NCBI GenBank assembly: GCA_937900255.1
Contig: CALCDZ010000002.1
Coordinates: 9,655-73,654, forward strand
Reading direction: 5' to 3'
From: an uncultured bacterium
Lineage (GTDB): Bacteria; Patescibacteriota; Patescibacteriia; SG8-24; DYFX01
Length of the DNA stretch: 64,000 bases
The notes beneath the pieces are model-generated. The model was not told where the DNA came from and searched no databases. It saw nothing but the letters and a program-made list of their open reading frames with translations. Shown piece by piece: positions 38,900-51,423 of this stretch; positions within the stretch are counted from its first letter, which is position 1, and every line of letters begins with the position of its first letter. Both the position numbers and the translations under genes were made by a program.

Positions 38900-41196
38900 G
38901 ACTCGTCTACATCGCCAACGTCCGTTTGCCGACCGAAAAGGCGCACGGCGTGCAGATCATGCAGATGTGCGCGGCCTTCGCGTCGAACGGGCATGAGGTC
39001 ATGCTGATCGTGCCTGGGCGCCGTAATGCCATCGCGGCGACTCCGTGGGAGTACTATGGTCTCAAACGGAACTTCCGGATCGTGACGGTACCGGTCCTCG
39101 ACTTCATCCCGTTCGATCGCTGGCTCGGCAACGCTGCGTTGTGGTTGACGACCGTCGGATTCGCCTTCGGCGCGCGTAGGGTCGTTGCGGACGCGCGGCC
39201 TGATGCCGTCTACTCGCGGGACGCCGTCCTCGTGACGACCGTGCCGAAGGGCGTGCCCTTCGTCTTTGAAGCGCACGATTTTCCGACGAGGCCCTGGCTC
39301 TATCGGTTCCTATGGAAGGCGTGCTCCCGTATCGTCACCGTGACGGAAGGGCTGAAGCGCGCTTTCATCGCCGCCGGAGTGCCCGAGACCAAGCTGGTCG
39401 TCGCGCATGACGCCGTCGATCCAGGTATTTTTCAGGTATCGGAAAGCAAGGCGGAGGCGCGGCGCGCGCTTGGGCTGCCCACCGAGGGTTTCATCGCCGT
39501 CTACTCCGGCCATCTCTATCCTTACAAGGGGGCCGACGATCTGCTCGAAGCCTGTCTGCATCTGCGCCCAGCTTCGCGAGTGGTCTTCGTCGGTGGACGC
39601 CCTGAAGAAGTCGCCAGGCTGCGGATGCAGGCCGAAAAGCTCGGTGTCACGAACGCCTTTTTTGTCGGGCAAGTGCCTCACGGACTCATCCCGATGTATC
39701 TGCGGGCCGCCGATGGGGCCGTCCTGCCGACGCGTGATACGGATCGGCATGCGTCCGAATTCCTCTCGCCTCTCAAGCTGTTCGAGTATCTGGCCGCCGG
39801 GAAAGCCATCGTCGCCACCGACCTGCCATCGATCCGGGAAGTGTTGGACGAGAATACGGCCGTTTTCGTGCCGCCCCGGTCGCCGGAGGCTTTGGCCGCC
39901 GCCCTGAACGGCCTGGCGGACGTTCCCGTTGAAGCCGAACGCCTGTCTCGGGAAGCGGAAGCCCTGTCGAGGGACTGCACGTGGGTCCATCGCGCTGGAC
40001 GCGTGCTTTCGGGAACGGACGAACCGCAGCCCTCGCTGACCTGGCTGCGGCGGCATCGCGCCGTGCTGGCCTGCATGCTCTTGGCGTTCATCCTGCGCGC
40101 CGCGTATGTCCTCGCGTTCCCGCTGAGACTGGCAGGAGGCGATGGCGAACTGTACGTCGGGTATGCCGACCTCCTCCGCGGGATTCCGGCTTGGTCGCCG
40201 CGCATGTACGCCTACTTCCAGCCCGGCTACCCGATCTTTCTCGCGGTCATCCGTAGCTTGTTCGGTACCGACCTTGTCGCCGTCGGCCTGTCTCAGGCCG
40301 TCATTTCCGCGCTCACGGTCGGCCTCGTGACGGCCATGACGCGGAAACTGGTCGGGGCGCGCGCGGCCGTTTTTGCCGGGCTCATGTCGGCCGTCTCCGC
40401 TTCCTCCATCGTCGAGACCGGGCAGATCTATACCGAAACGCTGTATACGTTCCTGTTGACCGCCGCCGTCTGCGCGCTCCTCGTGGATGCGCACCATCGC
40501 GCCATGCGTCATGCCGCCATCGTCGGTGCATCGTTCGCGCTCGCCGGCTTCGTCCGCGAACTCGCTCTGTATCACGCTGCCCTTCTTGCCGCCGTGACCG
40601 GCATCGGCAAGCGGTCGTGGCGGCCGGTCGTCGGCATCATGGCGCCCGTCGTCGTCATGCTTCTCGTTTTTGGCGCGTATAACCGTACGGTCGCCGCCGG
40701 GCAGGCGGTTCCGCGCGTGCCGATCCTCGCGAAGGGATATGAGGCTACGCTTCAGGACCCGGCTTCGCAGGCCTTCCTCCTGCGCTGGCGGATGTATCCG
40801 CTCGGCCTCTGGTATTTCTTCCGCTATCCGCATCGGTTCGCCGACATCAGCGACCAGGTCTCGACGCGGCAGGCGCTCTTTTCCGGAGACGCCGCCTTGA
40901 TCGGCAGGGAAGCGCCGTACATCCTGGCGAAGGGTCTGCTGACGCTCCTGCATTGGATGATACTGGTCTTGGCGGCCTATGGTCTTTGGCGCGGACGGAT
41001 GCCGCGCGAGGCGAAGATCGTCATCTCCGTGACGATCGCCTTCGCGGCTGCTACGATAACGCTTTCCGGGGCAGCGCGGCTTCAAGGCTTCGAATACCTG
41101 GAGCCGTTGGCCCGTTATCGTTTCCCGGTCGAACCGCTCATCATGATCCTGGCGGCGGCGGGGGCCGAACGCTTCTTAAAGAACGAGACGACGTAA
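38896..41196 (+). CDS. GT4 glycosyltransferase fused to a GT-C-like multi-TM domain
   Basis: N-half GT4 (EKAHGVQI, SPLKLFEYLA); C-half PGYPIFLA, YTETLY, RYRFPVEP with many TM segments. Confidence 0.85.
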   Translation: MRLVYIANVRLPTEKAHGVQIMQMCAAFASNGHEVMLIVPGRRNAIAATPWEYYGLKRNFRIVTVPVLDFIPFDRWLGNAALWLTTVGFAFGARRVVADARPDAVYSRDAVLVTTVPKGVPFVFEAHDFPTRPWLYRFLWKACSRIVTVTEGLKRAFIAAGVPETKLVVAHDAVDPGIFQVSESKAEARRALGLPTEGFIAVYSGHLYPYKGADDLLEACLHLRPASRVVFVGGRPEEVARLRMQAEKLGVTNAFFVGQVPHGLIPMYLRAADGAVLPTRDTDRHASEFLSPLKLFEYLAAGKAIVATDLPSIREVLDENTAVFVPPRSPEALAAALNGLADVPVEAERLSREAEALSRDCTWVHRAGRVLSGTDEPQPSLTWLRRHRAVLACMLLAFILRAAYVLAFPLRLAGGDGELYVGYADLLRGIPAWSPRMYAYFQPGYPIFLAVIRSLFGTDLVAVGLSQAVISALTVGLVTAMTRKLVGARAAVFAGLMSAVSASSIVETGQIYTETLYTFLLTAAVCALLVDAHHRAMRHAAIVGASFALAGFVRELALYHAALLAAVTGIGKRSWRPVVGIMAPVVVMLLVFGAYNRTVAAGQAVPRVPILAKGYEATLQDPASQAFLLRWRMYPLGLWYFFRYPHRFADISDQVSTRQALFSGDAALIGREAPYILAKGLLTLLHWMILVLAAYGLWRGRMPREAKIVISVTIAFAAATITLSGAARLQGFEYLEPLARYRFPVEPLIMILAAAGAERFLKNETT

Positions 41197-41228
41197 ACGC
41201 GGCTGCGTCGATAACCTATGGCATTCGT

Positions 41229-41972
41229 ATGAAAGAGGCGATATTTTACGACGATTCGTACTTCCAGGCATTGGAGAATCGTTACTTCTTAGGGGCGCAT
41301 GGTGAACGCGTCAGGGATATCGTGTCTTTCCTCCCATCCAGGAAACACGTCCTTGATTATGGTGCCGGCAGCGGTTACTTCGCATTCCGCGCTCTACAGC
41401 TTGAAAATACCGTCGTTGCGTTCGATTTTGCGCCGGCGGCAGTGCAATACATGCGGTCGCACTATCCGACGCTTGAAATCGTCGAACGGAAGGATGCCTT
41501 GAAGGGGGTGTATGACACGATTCTTCTGAACGACGTGATCGAGCACGTCGACTACTCTGAGCAGGCTTCTTTCATCTCCAATCTCCGGGAGCACTTGAAA
41601 GCAGGCGGTCGATTGATTGTCGCGACCGATAATTTTGACTCGTTCTTCTTCAGGGGCCGTCTCGGTAAAAAATGTCTAGCGATCGATCAGCGCATTTCTC
41701 CAGAAGGCATCATTTATAGGGCCATTAAAAAGGGTGAGACGGAACGTCCTTATTACCACAATGCCTATAATGATTCCCATGTCGGATTACTTGGGCGCGA
41801 CAAATTGGTTCGACTTTTCAAGAGCCAAGGCTTTGAGCTCGTTCGCGAAAAGCACGGTTTTCTCTTTCGTACTTACGTTTCCCGCCTTATCAGCGCATGT
41901 TTTGGGCTCAGGCCACTGCATTCCGTCTATGAGTTCACTTTGATGGCAGAGACCCTCCCGCGTTCAAGGTAG
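41229..41972 (+). CDS. class I SAM-dependent methyltransferase (AT-richer)
   Basis: VLDYGAGSG, DVIEHV, LKAGG. Confidence 0.85.
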   Translation: MKEAIFYDDSYFQALENRYFLGAHGERVRDIVSFLPSRKHVLDYGAGSGYFAFRALQLENTVVAFDFAPAAVQYMRSHYPTLEIVERKDALKGVYDTILLNDVIEHVDYSEQASFISNLREHLKAGGRLIVATDNFDSFFFRGRLGKKCLAIDQRISPEGIIYRAIKKGETERPYYHNAYNDSHVGLLGRDKLVRLFKSQGFELVREKHGFLFRTYVSRLISACFGLRPLHSVYEFTLMAETLPRSR

Positions 41973-43257
41973 GCGACGCGTTTTTCGAGGCCTCAGGTTC
42001 CACGTTTAAGATTTTTCGGACAAGAAGCGTTGAATGAAGAAGCCCGAAGATACGAGCGAGGGTTCTTGCGCAGATCGCGCCGAGCAGCCCCCATTTCCAG
42101 ACAAAAAGTGCAAGAGACACGATGCTGATCGCAGACATCGAAACCTGGTAGTGGAGGTTCTCCTTATATCTCATGTGTCCATTGAAGACCGCTACCGGGA
42201 GCGCGGAGGCGATGCCGAGCAGTGATATGGAGAAGATCTGTGAATATGGTATGGCTTCGGCGTACCCGGGAAAAAGCTGCCGATAAATCTGTGGAGCCAC
42301 TAGGACGTAAACGATGATGACGCTGCCGATGGCGGCGATCAACAGGAAGAGTTTTCGGAAGAAAGTCGGCCGTATTTCATTGAGCGGTCGCGCAGCGACT
42401 TTTGGGAGCGCCATCACGTACAGGTTTTTCAGATAGCCTTTGAGCTGCTCTGGCGGAGCGATGGCAAAAGCGTAGACGGCCGTCTCGTGGGAACCGAGCA
42501 GTGTGAAGATCAGGATACGGTCGAGATAATTGGAGATCGAAGAGGCGACATCCAGGAGCGTCAGATTCTTGCCGAAGCGGAGCGCATCGTCCGAAGCCTC
42601 GCCCTTCGGCGGCAGGCGCCGCAGCGTGGCGCCGAGCGCGATGGCGTTCCAGGCCAGCGAGGAAAGGCAGAACCCGAGCGTCAGCGCGATGACCGTCGGG
42701 TGCAGGAGCAGGATCGCGACGACGACGGCGGCCGTTCCGAGCGTCGAAGCGATCCCGTAGCGCGTCTGCAATCCGAAGGCTTTCCGGCCGTTGGCATAAT
42801 CGCCCCAAGAGGAGAGCGCCGAGATGGCGGGAAAAAAGACGGCGACGATCAGGAAGCCCCAGAAGAGATCCGTGCGTCCTTTCGAGAGGTAATATGCGCC
42901 GACCGCGAGTCCGCCCAAGGTGCCGATGCCGGCCCACCGCAGGCGCATCTTCAGGACCGCGTAGATCGTCCTTTCATGGCCTTGCGCGACGGCGCGCGTC
43001 AAAGCATCGGACGTTCCCGTGACGGATGCGATGGCGAGGATCGATCCCCAGGAGAGCAGGTACTGATACGTGCCGTAGACGCCCTTGCCGAGCAAGCGGG
43101 CGAACAGCATCGCCAGGGCCAAGCTCGAGGCCGAACCCATGAACGACGCGATCGACAGGAAAATCCCGCCCTTCGCCAGATAGACGTTGTCGGTACCGGT
43201 ATAGCGTTCTCCTCGGCGCAGGAGGCGGATCGCCAGGAGTTTCAGTCGCTGGAGCAT
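41935..43257 (-). CDS. wzx: Wzx-type polysaccharide flippase
   Basis: ARLLG..YGTY, YLDRILI..LG; about 12 TM segments; glycan-locus context. Confidence 0.82.
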   Translation of the reverse strand: MLQRLKLLAIRLLRRGERYTGTDNVYLAKGGIFLSIASFMGSASSLALAMLFARLLGKGVYGTYQYLLSWGSILAIASVTGTSDALTRAVAQGHERTIYAVLKMRLRWAGIGTLGGLAVGAYYLSKGRTDLFWGFLIVAVFFPAISALSSWGDYANGRKAFGLQTRYGIASTLGTAAVVVAILLLHPTVIALTLGFCLSSLAWNAIALGATLRRLPPKGEASDDALRFGKNLTLLDVASSISNYLDRILIFTLLGSHETAVYAFAIAPPEQLKGYLKNLYVMALPKVAARPLNEIRPTFFRKLFLLIAAIGSVIIVYVLVAPQIYRQLFPGYAEAIPYSQIFSISLLGIASALPVAVFNGHMRYKENLHYQVSMSAISIVSLALFVWKWGLLGAICARTLARIFGLLHSTLLVRKILNVEPEASKNASPTLNAGGSLPSK

Positions 43258-43264
43258 GGGAGCG

Positions 43265-44575
43265 TCACCGGCCTTTCCTCTTCAGGACGCTGTAGATCGT
43301 CTTGAGGACGATGGCGGCGTCGAGGGTCAGCGAGCGGTATTTCAGGTAATAGAGATCGTGCCGCAGCTTCAGCAGGTGGTCTTCATGGGTGGCCGCATAC
43401 GGAGCGCTGACCTGCGCCCACCCGGTCAGCCCGGGGCGTACCAGGTGCCGGACGGGGAAGAGCGGGATGGTCTTCGCGAGTTCGGCCTCGACTTCGGGCC
43501 GTTCCGGGCGCGGGCCCACGAAGCTCATATCGCCGCGGAGGATGTTCCAGAGCTGGGGCAGCTCGTCCAGCCGCGTGGCGCGGAGGAAGCGCCCGAAGCG
43601 GGTGACGCGCGGGTCGTTCTCGGTCGCGAAGGCGATGCCGTCCTTTTCGGCGTCGACGCGCATGGTGCGGAACTTCAGCATGGTGAACGGCCGCCCGCCC
43701 TTTCCGACGCGCGTCTGGCTGTAGAAAGCCGGTCCGCGGCTTTCGATGCGGATGATCGCGGCGATCAGCGGCGCGACCGGCAGCGAGGGGATGCAGAGGA
43801 GGATGGATGCCACGACGTCGAACAGGCGCTTGGCATGTTCATACATCGGCGAATCCTGTCCGGCCAGATTATCGACGATCCAGCGCTCATCGAGGGCCGA
43901 TTCCGGTACGGCATGGCGTATCTTCTCATAGAACGTCGGGAGATCGACGATGGCGGCGCGTTCGAAGAATTTGCGGTAAAGACGGGTCGTCAGCGCGGCG
44001 TTGCCTTGCAGCCGGCGGGACACGACGATCAGGTCGCAGGCCGGGAGTTCCCGAACGGACGATTCATCCGCCACGCCCAGGCAGCTGTAGCCGAGATGCG
44101 GATTCTGGGACAGGACTTCCCCCAATCCTGCGTCTTCCCCGAGGAACAGCACGCGCAGATGGAATCGCCGCCGCGAGAACAGGTGCAGGGCCAGGATCCT
44201 CCAGCCATAGAACAGCCCGGCGAAGAGCGCGGTCGCGAGCAGGAGATTGGTCTTCGGGGCGATGCCGATGCCCGGCATGAAATAAAAGACGGCCAACGAG
44301 AGCAGGAACGCCGCCGCGAGCGCCTCCGCCGTACGCGAAGCCAGCTCGATACGGCCGCGCACCGCGTCGTCATCGTACAGGCCGACGACGTAGAAGACGG
44401 CGAGCCAGATGACGAAAGCGAAAGTGAACGGCTTGGCATGCATCGCCCACCAGGCCGGAAAATCCTGCCCATCATGCCGCGAGAGCAGCGTCAGCCATAA
44501 CGCCAAATAGGCGAGCGCGAGGTCTCCGGTCGCCAAGAGGGCCATCCTGAGTTTGCGGGAGTCGGTCATCCCCAC
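43265..44575 (-). CDS. initiating polyprenyl glycosylphosphotransferase (WcaJ/WbaP family)
   Basis: KRLFD, KFRTM, RLDELPQLWN, GDMSFVGPRPE, PGLTGWAQV. Confidence 0.93.
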   Translation of the reverse strand: MGMTDSRKLRMALLATGDLALAYLALWLTLLSRHDGQDFPAWWAMHAKPFTFAFVIWLAVFYVVGLYDDDAVRGRIELASRTAEALAAAFLLSLAVFYFMPGIGIAPKTNLLLATALFAGLFYGWRILALHLFSRRRFHLRVLFLGEDAGLGEVLSQNPHLGYSCLGVADESSVRELPACDLIVVSRRLQGNAALTTRLYRKFFERAAIVDLPTFYEKIRHAVPESALDERWIVDNLAGQDSPMYEHAKRLFDVVASILLCIPSLPVAPLIAAIIRIESRGPAFYSQTRVGKGGRPFTMLKFRTMRVDAEKDGIAFATENDPRVTRFGRFLRATRLDELPQLWNILRGDMSFVGPRPERPEVEAELAKTIPLFPVRHLVRPGLTGWAQVSAPYAATHEDHLLKLRHDLYYLKYRSLTLDAAIVLKTIYSVLKRKGR

Positions 44576-44628
44576 AAGACTAGCCTATAATGGACGTTTC
44601 CGCTATGCTTGACCGGTATCATCGTCGT

Positions 44629-45765
44629 ATGCGCCTTTGCTTCATACTCGGAACCAGGCCGGAAATCATCAAGTCGGCACCCCTCATTTTCGCCGCCAGC
44701 GAGGCTGGATACGCTCCCGTCATCATCCATTCAGGGCAGCATTACGATACGGCGATGGATGGAGGCTTCTTTCAGGAGCTTTCCCTTCCCGCGGCCGACG
44801 TGCGTCTTTCGTCCGGGGGCAAGCCCTACGCCGAACAGGTCGCCTATCTGCTCCGGGAGCTTCCCGGGGCGCTGAAGGAGCTTCGTCCCGACGCGGTCGT
44901 CTTGCAGGGCGATACCGTCACCGTCATGGCGGGCGCTCTCGCGGCGCATGGCCTCAATATCCCCATCATCCACCACGAGGCCGGTCTTCGGTCGCGCGAC
45001 CAGCGCATGGCGGAGGAGTATCACCGCATCATCGCCGACCACGTGTCGACGCTGCTTTGCGCGCCGACGGAGGCGGCGGTCGCCAACCTGCTGAACGAAG
45101 GCATTCCGAGAGAGCGCGTGCACCTGACCGGTAACGCGGTCGTCGACGCGATCAGGCGATTTTCCGGACAGGCTGCGCGGGAGTCGAGCGTGCTCGAAAA
45201 ACTTTCCTTGGCTGCGAAGTCCTATTTCGTGCTGACGTTCCATCGCGCCGAGAATGTCGACGATCCGAGCCGGTTCTCCGCCTTCTTGGCTTCGCTCGAA
45301 CGGATCGTGCGCGAGCATCCCGACCGGCGGATCGTCTTTCCCGTCCATCCCAGGGTCGAGAAGCGGCGCGCCGAGTTCGGTCAAGCGTGGCCTTCAGCCG
45401 TGCTGCCCATAGGACCCCTGGGGTATTTCGACATGCTTCGGCTGCTCTCTGAAGCGGATCTGGTCCTGACGGATTCCGGCGGCTTGCAGGAAGAGGCGGC
45501 GATCCTGGGCGTACCTTGCGTCACGCTGCGCGACAGCACGGAGCGTCCCGAAACCGTGGAAGCCGGATCGAACGTCGTGGCGGGGCTTGCGGAAGATGCG
45601 GTCTCCGAGGCCGTCCGCGCCATGCGCGGCAAGGCGCTCGACCCGATTTCGGCATATGGCGACGGCTTCGCTTCGGAAAGGATCATTCATCTCGCGCGCG
45701 GCGCGTTCGGCGTGCCGGCGTGCCGAGCCGTCACCGAAAAACATGAGGATACTCGTCGTCAGTGA
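44629..45765 (+). CDS. wecB: UDP-GlcNAc 2-epimerase (non-hydrolysing)
   Basis: GTRPEIIK, SGQHYD, QGDT, HEAGLRS, TDSGGLQEEA, TERPE. Confidence 0.95.
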   Translation: MRLCFILGTRPEIIKSAPLIFAASEAGYAPVIIHSGQHYDTAMDGGFFQELSLPAADVRLSSGGKPYAEQVAYLLRELPGALKELRPDAVVLQGDTVTVMAGALAAHGLNIPIIHHEAGLRSRDQRMAEEYHRIIADHVSTLLCAPTEAAVANLLNEGIPRERVHLTGNAVVDAIRRFSGQAARESSVLEKLSLAAKSYFVLTFHRAENVDDPSRFSAFLASLERIVREHPDRRIVFPVHPRVEKRRAEFGQAWPSAVLPIGPLGYFDMLRLLSEADLVLTDSGGLQEEAAILGVPCVTLRDSTERPETVEAGSNVVAGLAEDAVSEAVRAMRGKALDPISAYGDGFASERIIHLARGAFGVPACRAVTEKHEDTRRQ

Positions 45766-46921
45766 TACGTACCTTCCGCTCGTAGGCGGCGCCGAAGTGC
45801 ACGTCTCGGAACTCGCGAGCCGCCTCAAGGCGGCCGGTCACGAGGTCCGGGTTTTCACCAACCAGGACGGGCCGGAAGAGGAAGGCGTCGTGCGCGTGCC
45901 TTGGCGCCGGAATTTCCTCGAGGTCTACCGGAAACTCGATGCCCTGTGCGGAGCCTTCAAGCCCCAAGTGATCGCCGCGCACTACTCCTATCGGTTGGCG
46001 ATGATCGCCGGTTTTTCGGCATTGAAGCGCGGCATCCCGATGACGGTCACCTTGCACGGGCTCGGCACGCTGCCTGAGGCGCATGCTTCCTGGCGCCCGC
46101 GTCTCCAGAACCTGCTATACCAGCGGCTTTCGCTGGCGTTCGCCGCGAAGGTGATCGCCACGAGTCAGGACATGCTTGATGCGGTGCCGTACGTCGCCGC
46201 GAAGACCGAAATCATCCCGAACGCCGCCGACGGCCAGCGTTTCGATCCTGCCGCCTGGGCGTCGGACGCCGCCGCCGGCGCGCTCCGGGAGCGCTATGCC
46301 GGGCGCTCGGTCATCCTGACGGTCCGGCGGCTGAACCCGAAGTGCGGCATCCAGTATCTCGTCGAAGCGCTGCCCGAAATCGTGCGAAGGCGCCCGGAGG
46401 CGTTGTACGTGATGGTCGGCACCGGCCGCCTGGAGGAAGAGATCCGCGCGCGCATAAAAACGTTGGGGATGGAGAAGCATGTCGAGATGGTCGGCCTCCT
46501 GCCGAACGGGAGGACCCCCGCGTATTTTTCCGCGTCCGATGTCGTCGTCTTTCCCAGCACGGCCGAGTCCACCAGCATTTCCTGCATCGAAGCCATGCTG
46601 ATGGAAAAGCCGGTCGTAGCCTCCCGCGTCGGCGGCCTGATCGAATTGCTCGGTACGGACGGAACGCGCGGGCGGCTGGTGAAGCTGGTCGATTGGGAAG
46701 CGTCGAACTACGAAGCTCCGCCGGTTTCCGAAATGCCCAAAGACCGCATCGCTGCCTTGGCGGACGCCGTCTGCGACCTGCTCGACGATCGCGCGGAACG
46801 TGAGAGGATGGGGAAGGAAGCCCGCGCGTACGCGCTGGCCCACTTCGATTGGGATGTCATCATGACGCGCACCATCGGCATTTATGAGCATCTTGCGTCA
46901 GGCGCTGGGAGAACGGCTTAA
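45743..46921 (+). CDS. GT4 glycosyltransferase
   Basis: GGAEVHV, RRLNPKCG, ESTSISCIEA. Confidence 0.9.
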   Translation: MRILVVSDTYLPLVGGAEVHVSELASRLKAAGHEVRVFTNQDGPEEEGVVRVPWRRNFLEVYRKLDALCGAFKPQVIAAHYSYRLAMIAGFSALKRGIPMTVTLHGLGTLPEAHASWRPRLQNLLYQRLSLAFAAKVIATSQDMLDAVPYVAAKTEIIPNAADGQRFDPAAWASDAAAGALRERYAGRSVILTVRRLNPKCGIQYLVEALPEIVRRRPEALYVMVGTGRLEEEIRARIKTLGMEKHVEMVGLLPNGRTPAYFSASDVVVFPSTAESTSISCIEAMLMEKPVVASRVGGLIELLGTDGTRGRLVKLVDWEASNYEAPPVSEMPKDRIAALADAVCDLLDDRAERERMGKEARAYALAHFDWDVIMTRTIGIYEHLASGAGRTA

Positions 46922-47849
46922 GGAAGGCGAACCGCTCGCCAAGCACGTCAACATCCGGATCGGCGGACTTGCCGACCTTTACTTCGAGGCGAAAACCTCT
47001 GAGGAGATCGCGCGCGCCATCGAAGCCGCTTTCGCGGACGGCGTCCCGTTCGTCGTCATCGGCGGCGGATCGAACAGCCTGCCGAGCGACGAGGGTTTCC
47101 GCGGGCTGGTCATCCAGGCGGCCAACCGGGGCTGGAGCGTCGAAGGGGATCGCGTCCGCGCCGAGGCCGGCACGCTTTCCGGCTTCCTCGCCCGCAAGAC
47201 GGCGGAAGCCGGACTGACCGGTCTCGAGTGGGCCGTTTCCTTGCCGGGCACGATCGGTGGCGCCGTGCGCGGGAATGCCGGATGCTTCGGCGGGGAAACG
47301 AAGGACGCGGTCGCTTCCGTGGAAGTCCTTCGCCTGCGTGACGGTAAGATTGAGCGCCGCACGTACGCGCCGGAGGAGTGCGCGTTCGGGTACAGGGATT
47401 CCGTCTTCAAAAGGAATTCCGACGTCATCCTCGCCGTCGAGTTCCGCCTGGCGCGCGATGCCAAGGAAGCGTGCCTGGAGAAGATCGACGCCGTGCTTTC
47501 GAAGCGCAAGGCCGAACAGCCGAACGGAAACCCCTCGGCCGGCTGCATGTTCAAGAATTTCGGCTTCGCGGACGAAGGCGCGATCGCCAAGCTGAAAGCG
47601 CGGCTGGAAGTTCCCGCTCCGTTCCTTGCCGCCAAGCGCATCCCGGCAGGCTGGCTGATCGATCAGGTCGACCTGAAAGGAAAGACGATCGGCGGCGCGC
47701 AGGTCTCCCCGAAGCACGGTAATTTCCTGGTGAATCTCGGCGATGCCACCGCTTCCGACGTGCTGCAGCTCATTTCGCTCGTGAAGATGAAGGTCCGTGA
47801 CGAATACGGGATCCAATTGGAGGAAGAGGTGCAGATGCTCGGGTTCTGA
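46884..47849 (+). CDS. murB: UDP-N-acetylenolpyruvoylglucosamine reductase
   Basis: GGGSN, PGTIGGAVRGNAG, FGYRDS, SAGCMFKN, KHGNF. Confidence 0.96.
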   Translation: MSILRQALGERLKEGEPLAKHVNIRIGGLADLYFEAKTSEEIARAIEAAFADGVPFVVIGGGSNSLPSDEGFRGLVIQAANRGWSVEGDRVRAEAGTLSGFLARKTAEAGLTGLEWAVSLPGTIGGAVRGNAGCFGGETKDAVASVEVLRLRDGKIERRTYAPEECAFGYRDSVFKRNSDVILAVEFRLARDAKEACLEKIDAVLSKRKAEQPNGNPSAGCMFKNFGFADEGAIAKLKARLEVPAPFLAAKRIPAGWLIDQVDLKGKTIGGAQVSPKHGNFLVNLGDATASDVLQLISLVKMKVRDEYGIQLEEEVQMLGF

Positions 47850-47923
47850 TGCGGCCGGAGGCCGGGCTCTTGGCATCCTCCTTCCTTTCCGCTACGCTGA
47901 AGCCACTTATCCAGCTTTTTCCT

Positions 47924-48235
47924 ATGCACATCAACCGCATCAAGGGCACCAACATGGAGCTGACCGAGGCCATCAAGGAGGCTGCCGCTTCCGAGCTGGC
48001 GACGTTGGACGCGCGACTCGAGCGCTGGGGCGAACCGGTCTCGGCCGACGTCGAGGTCGGCAAGACCACCAATCACCATCACAAGGGCGAGATCTTCCGC
48101 GCGGAAGTGAACCTGAGCATCCCCGGCAAGCTCCTGCGCGCGGAGGACGAGAACGAGGACCTCTACGTCGCCCTCAAGAACGTGGTCGATACGCTCGGAC
48201 GCGAACTGGAAAAGGAAAAGGGGATGAGGGGCTGA
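47924..48235 (+). CDS. hpf: ribosome hibernation promoting factor (short HPF/RaiA)
   Basis: IKGTNMELTEAI..HHHKG..AEVNL..DLYVAL; directly upstream of secA. Confidence 0.88.
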   Translation: MHINRIKGTNMELTEAIKEAAASELATLDARLERWGEPVSADVEVGKTTNHHHKGEIFRAEVNLSIPGKLLRAEDENEDLYVALKNVVDTLGRELEKEKGMRG

Positions 48236-48239
48236 CGCC

Positions 48240-50976
<2,737 letters not shown>

Positions 50977-50987
<11 letters not shown>

Positions 50988-51423
50988 TGCGTCTGCCGTC
51001 CGGCAACAGGTCATGACGCCGAAAGTCGGCGTCATGGTCCTGCTGTTCAAGGAAGGCAAGGTGCTGCTGGGCAAGCGGAAGAAGGACGACGGCACGCTCG
51101 GGATGTACGGCACCCCTGGCGGGCTTTTGGAATATCTGGAGACGTTTTCGGAGGGCGCGGCGCGGGAGCTGATGGAAGAGACGGGGTTGGTGGCGGGGGA
51201 GTTCACGCCGCTGTGCGTCACGAACGTGCGGCAGCTCGCGCCGGCGCATTTCGTGATGGTGACGCTCAGGGCCGACTGGAAAGGCGGCGAACCGGAGAAC
51301 CGCGAACCGGACAAATGCGAAGGTTGGGAATGGTTCCCGGTCGATGCCCCGCCGGCGTCGATGACGCCCGCGACCGAAAGCAGCGTCCGCGCGGCCCGCG
51401 AGGGACGGATGCTGTATGAATGA
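50977..51423 (+). CDS. NUDIX hydrolase (NUDT15/MutT-like); alternative start 51013
   Basis: Nudix box GGLLEYLETFSEGAARELMEETG; EPDKCEGWEWF. Confidence 0.88.
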
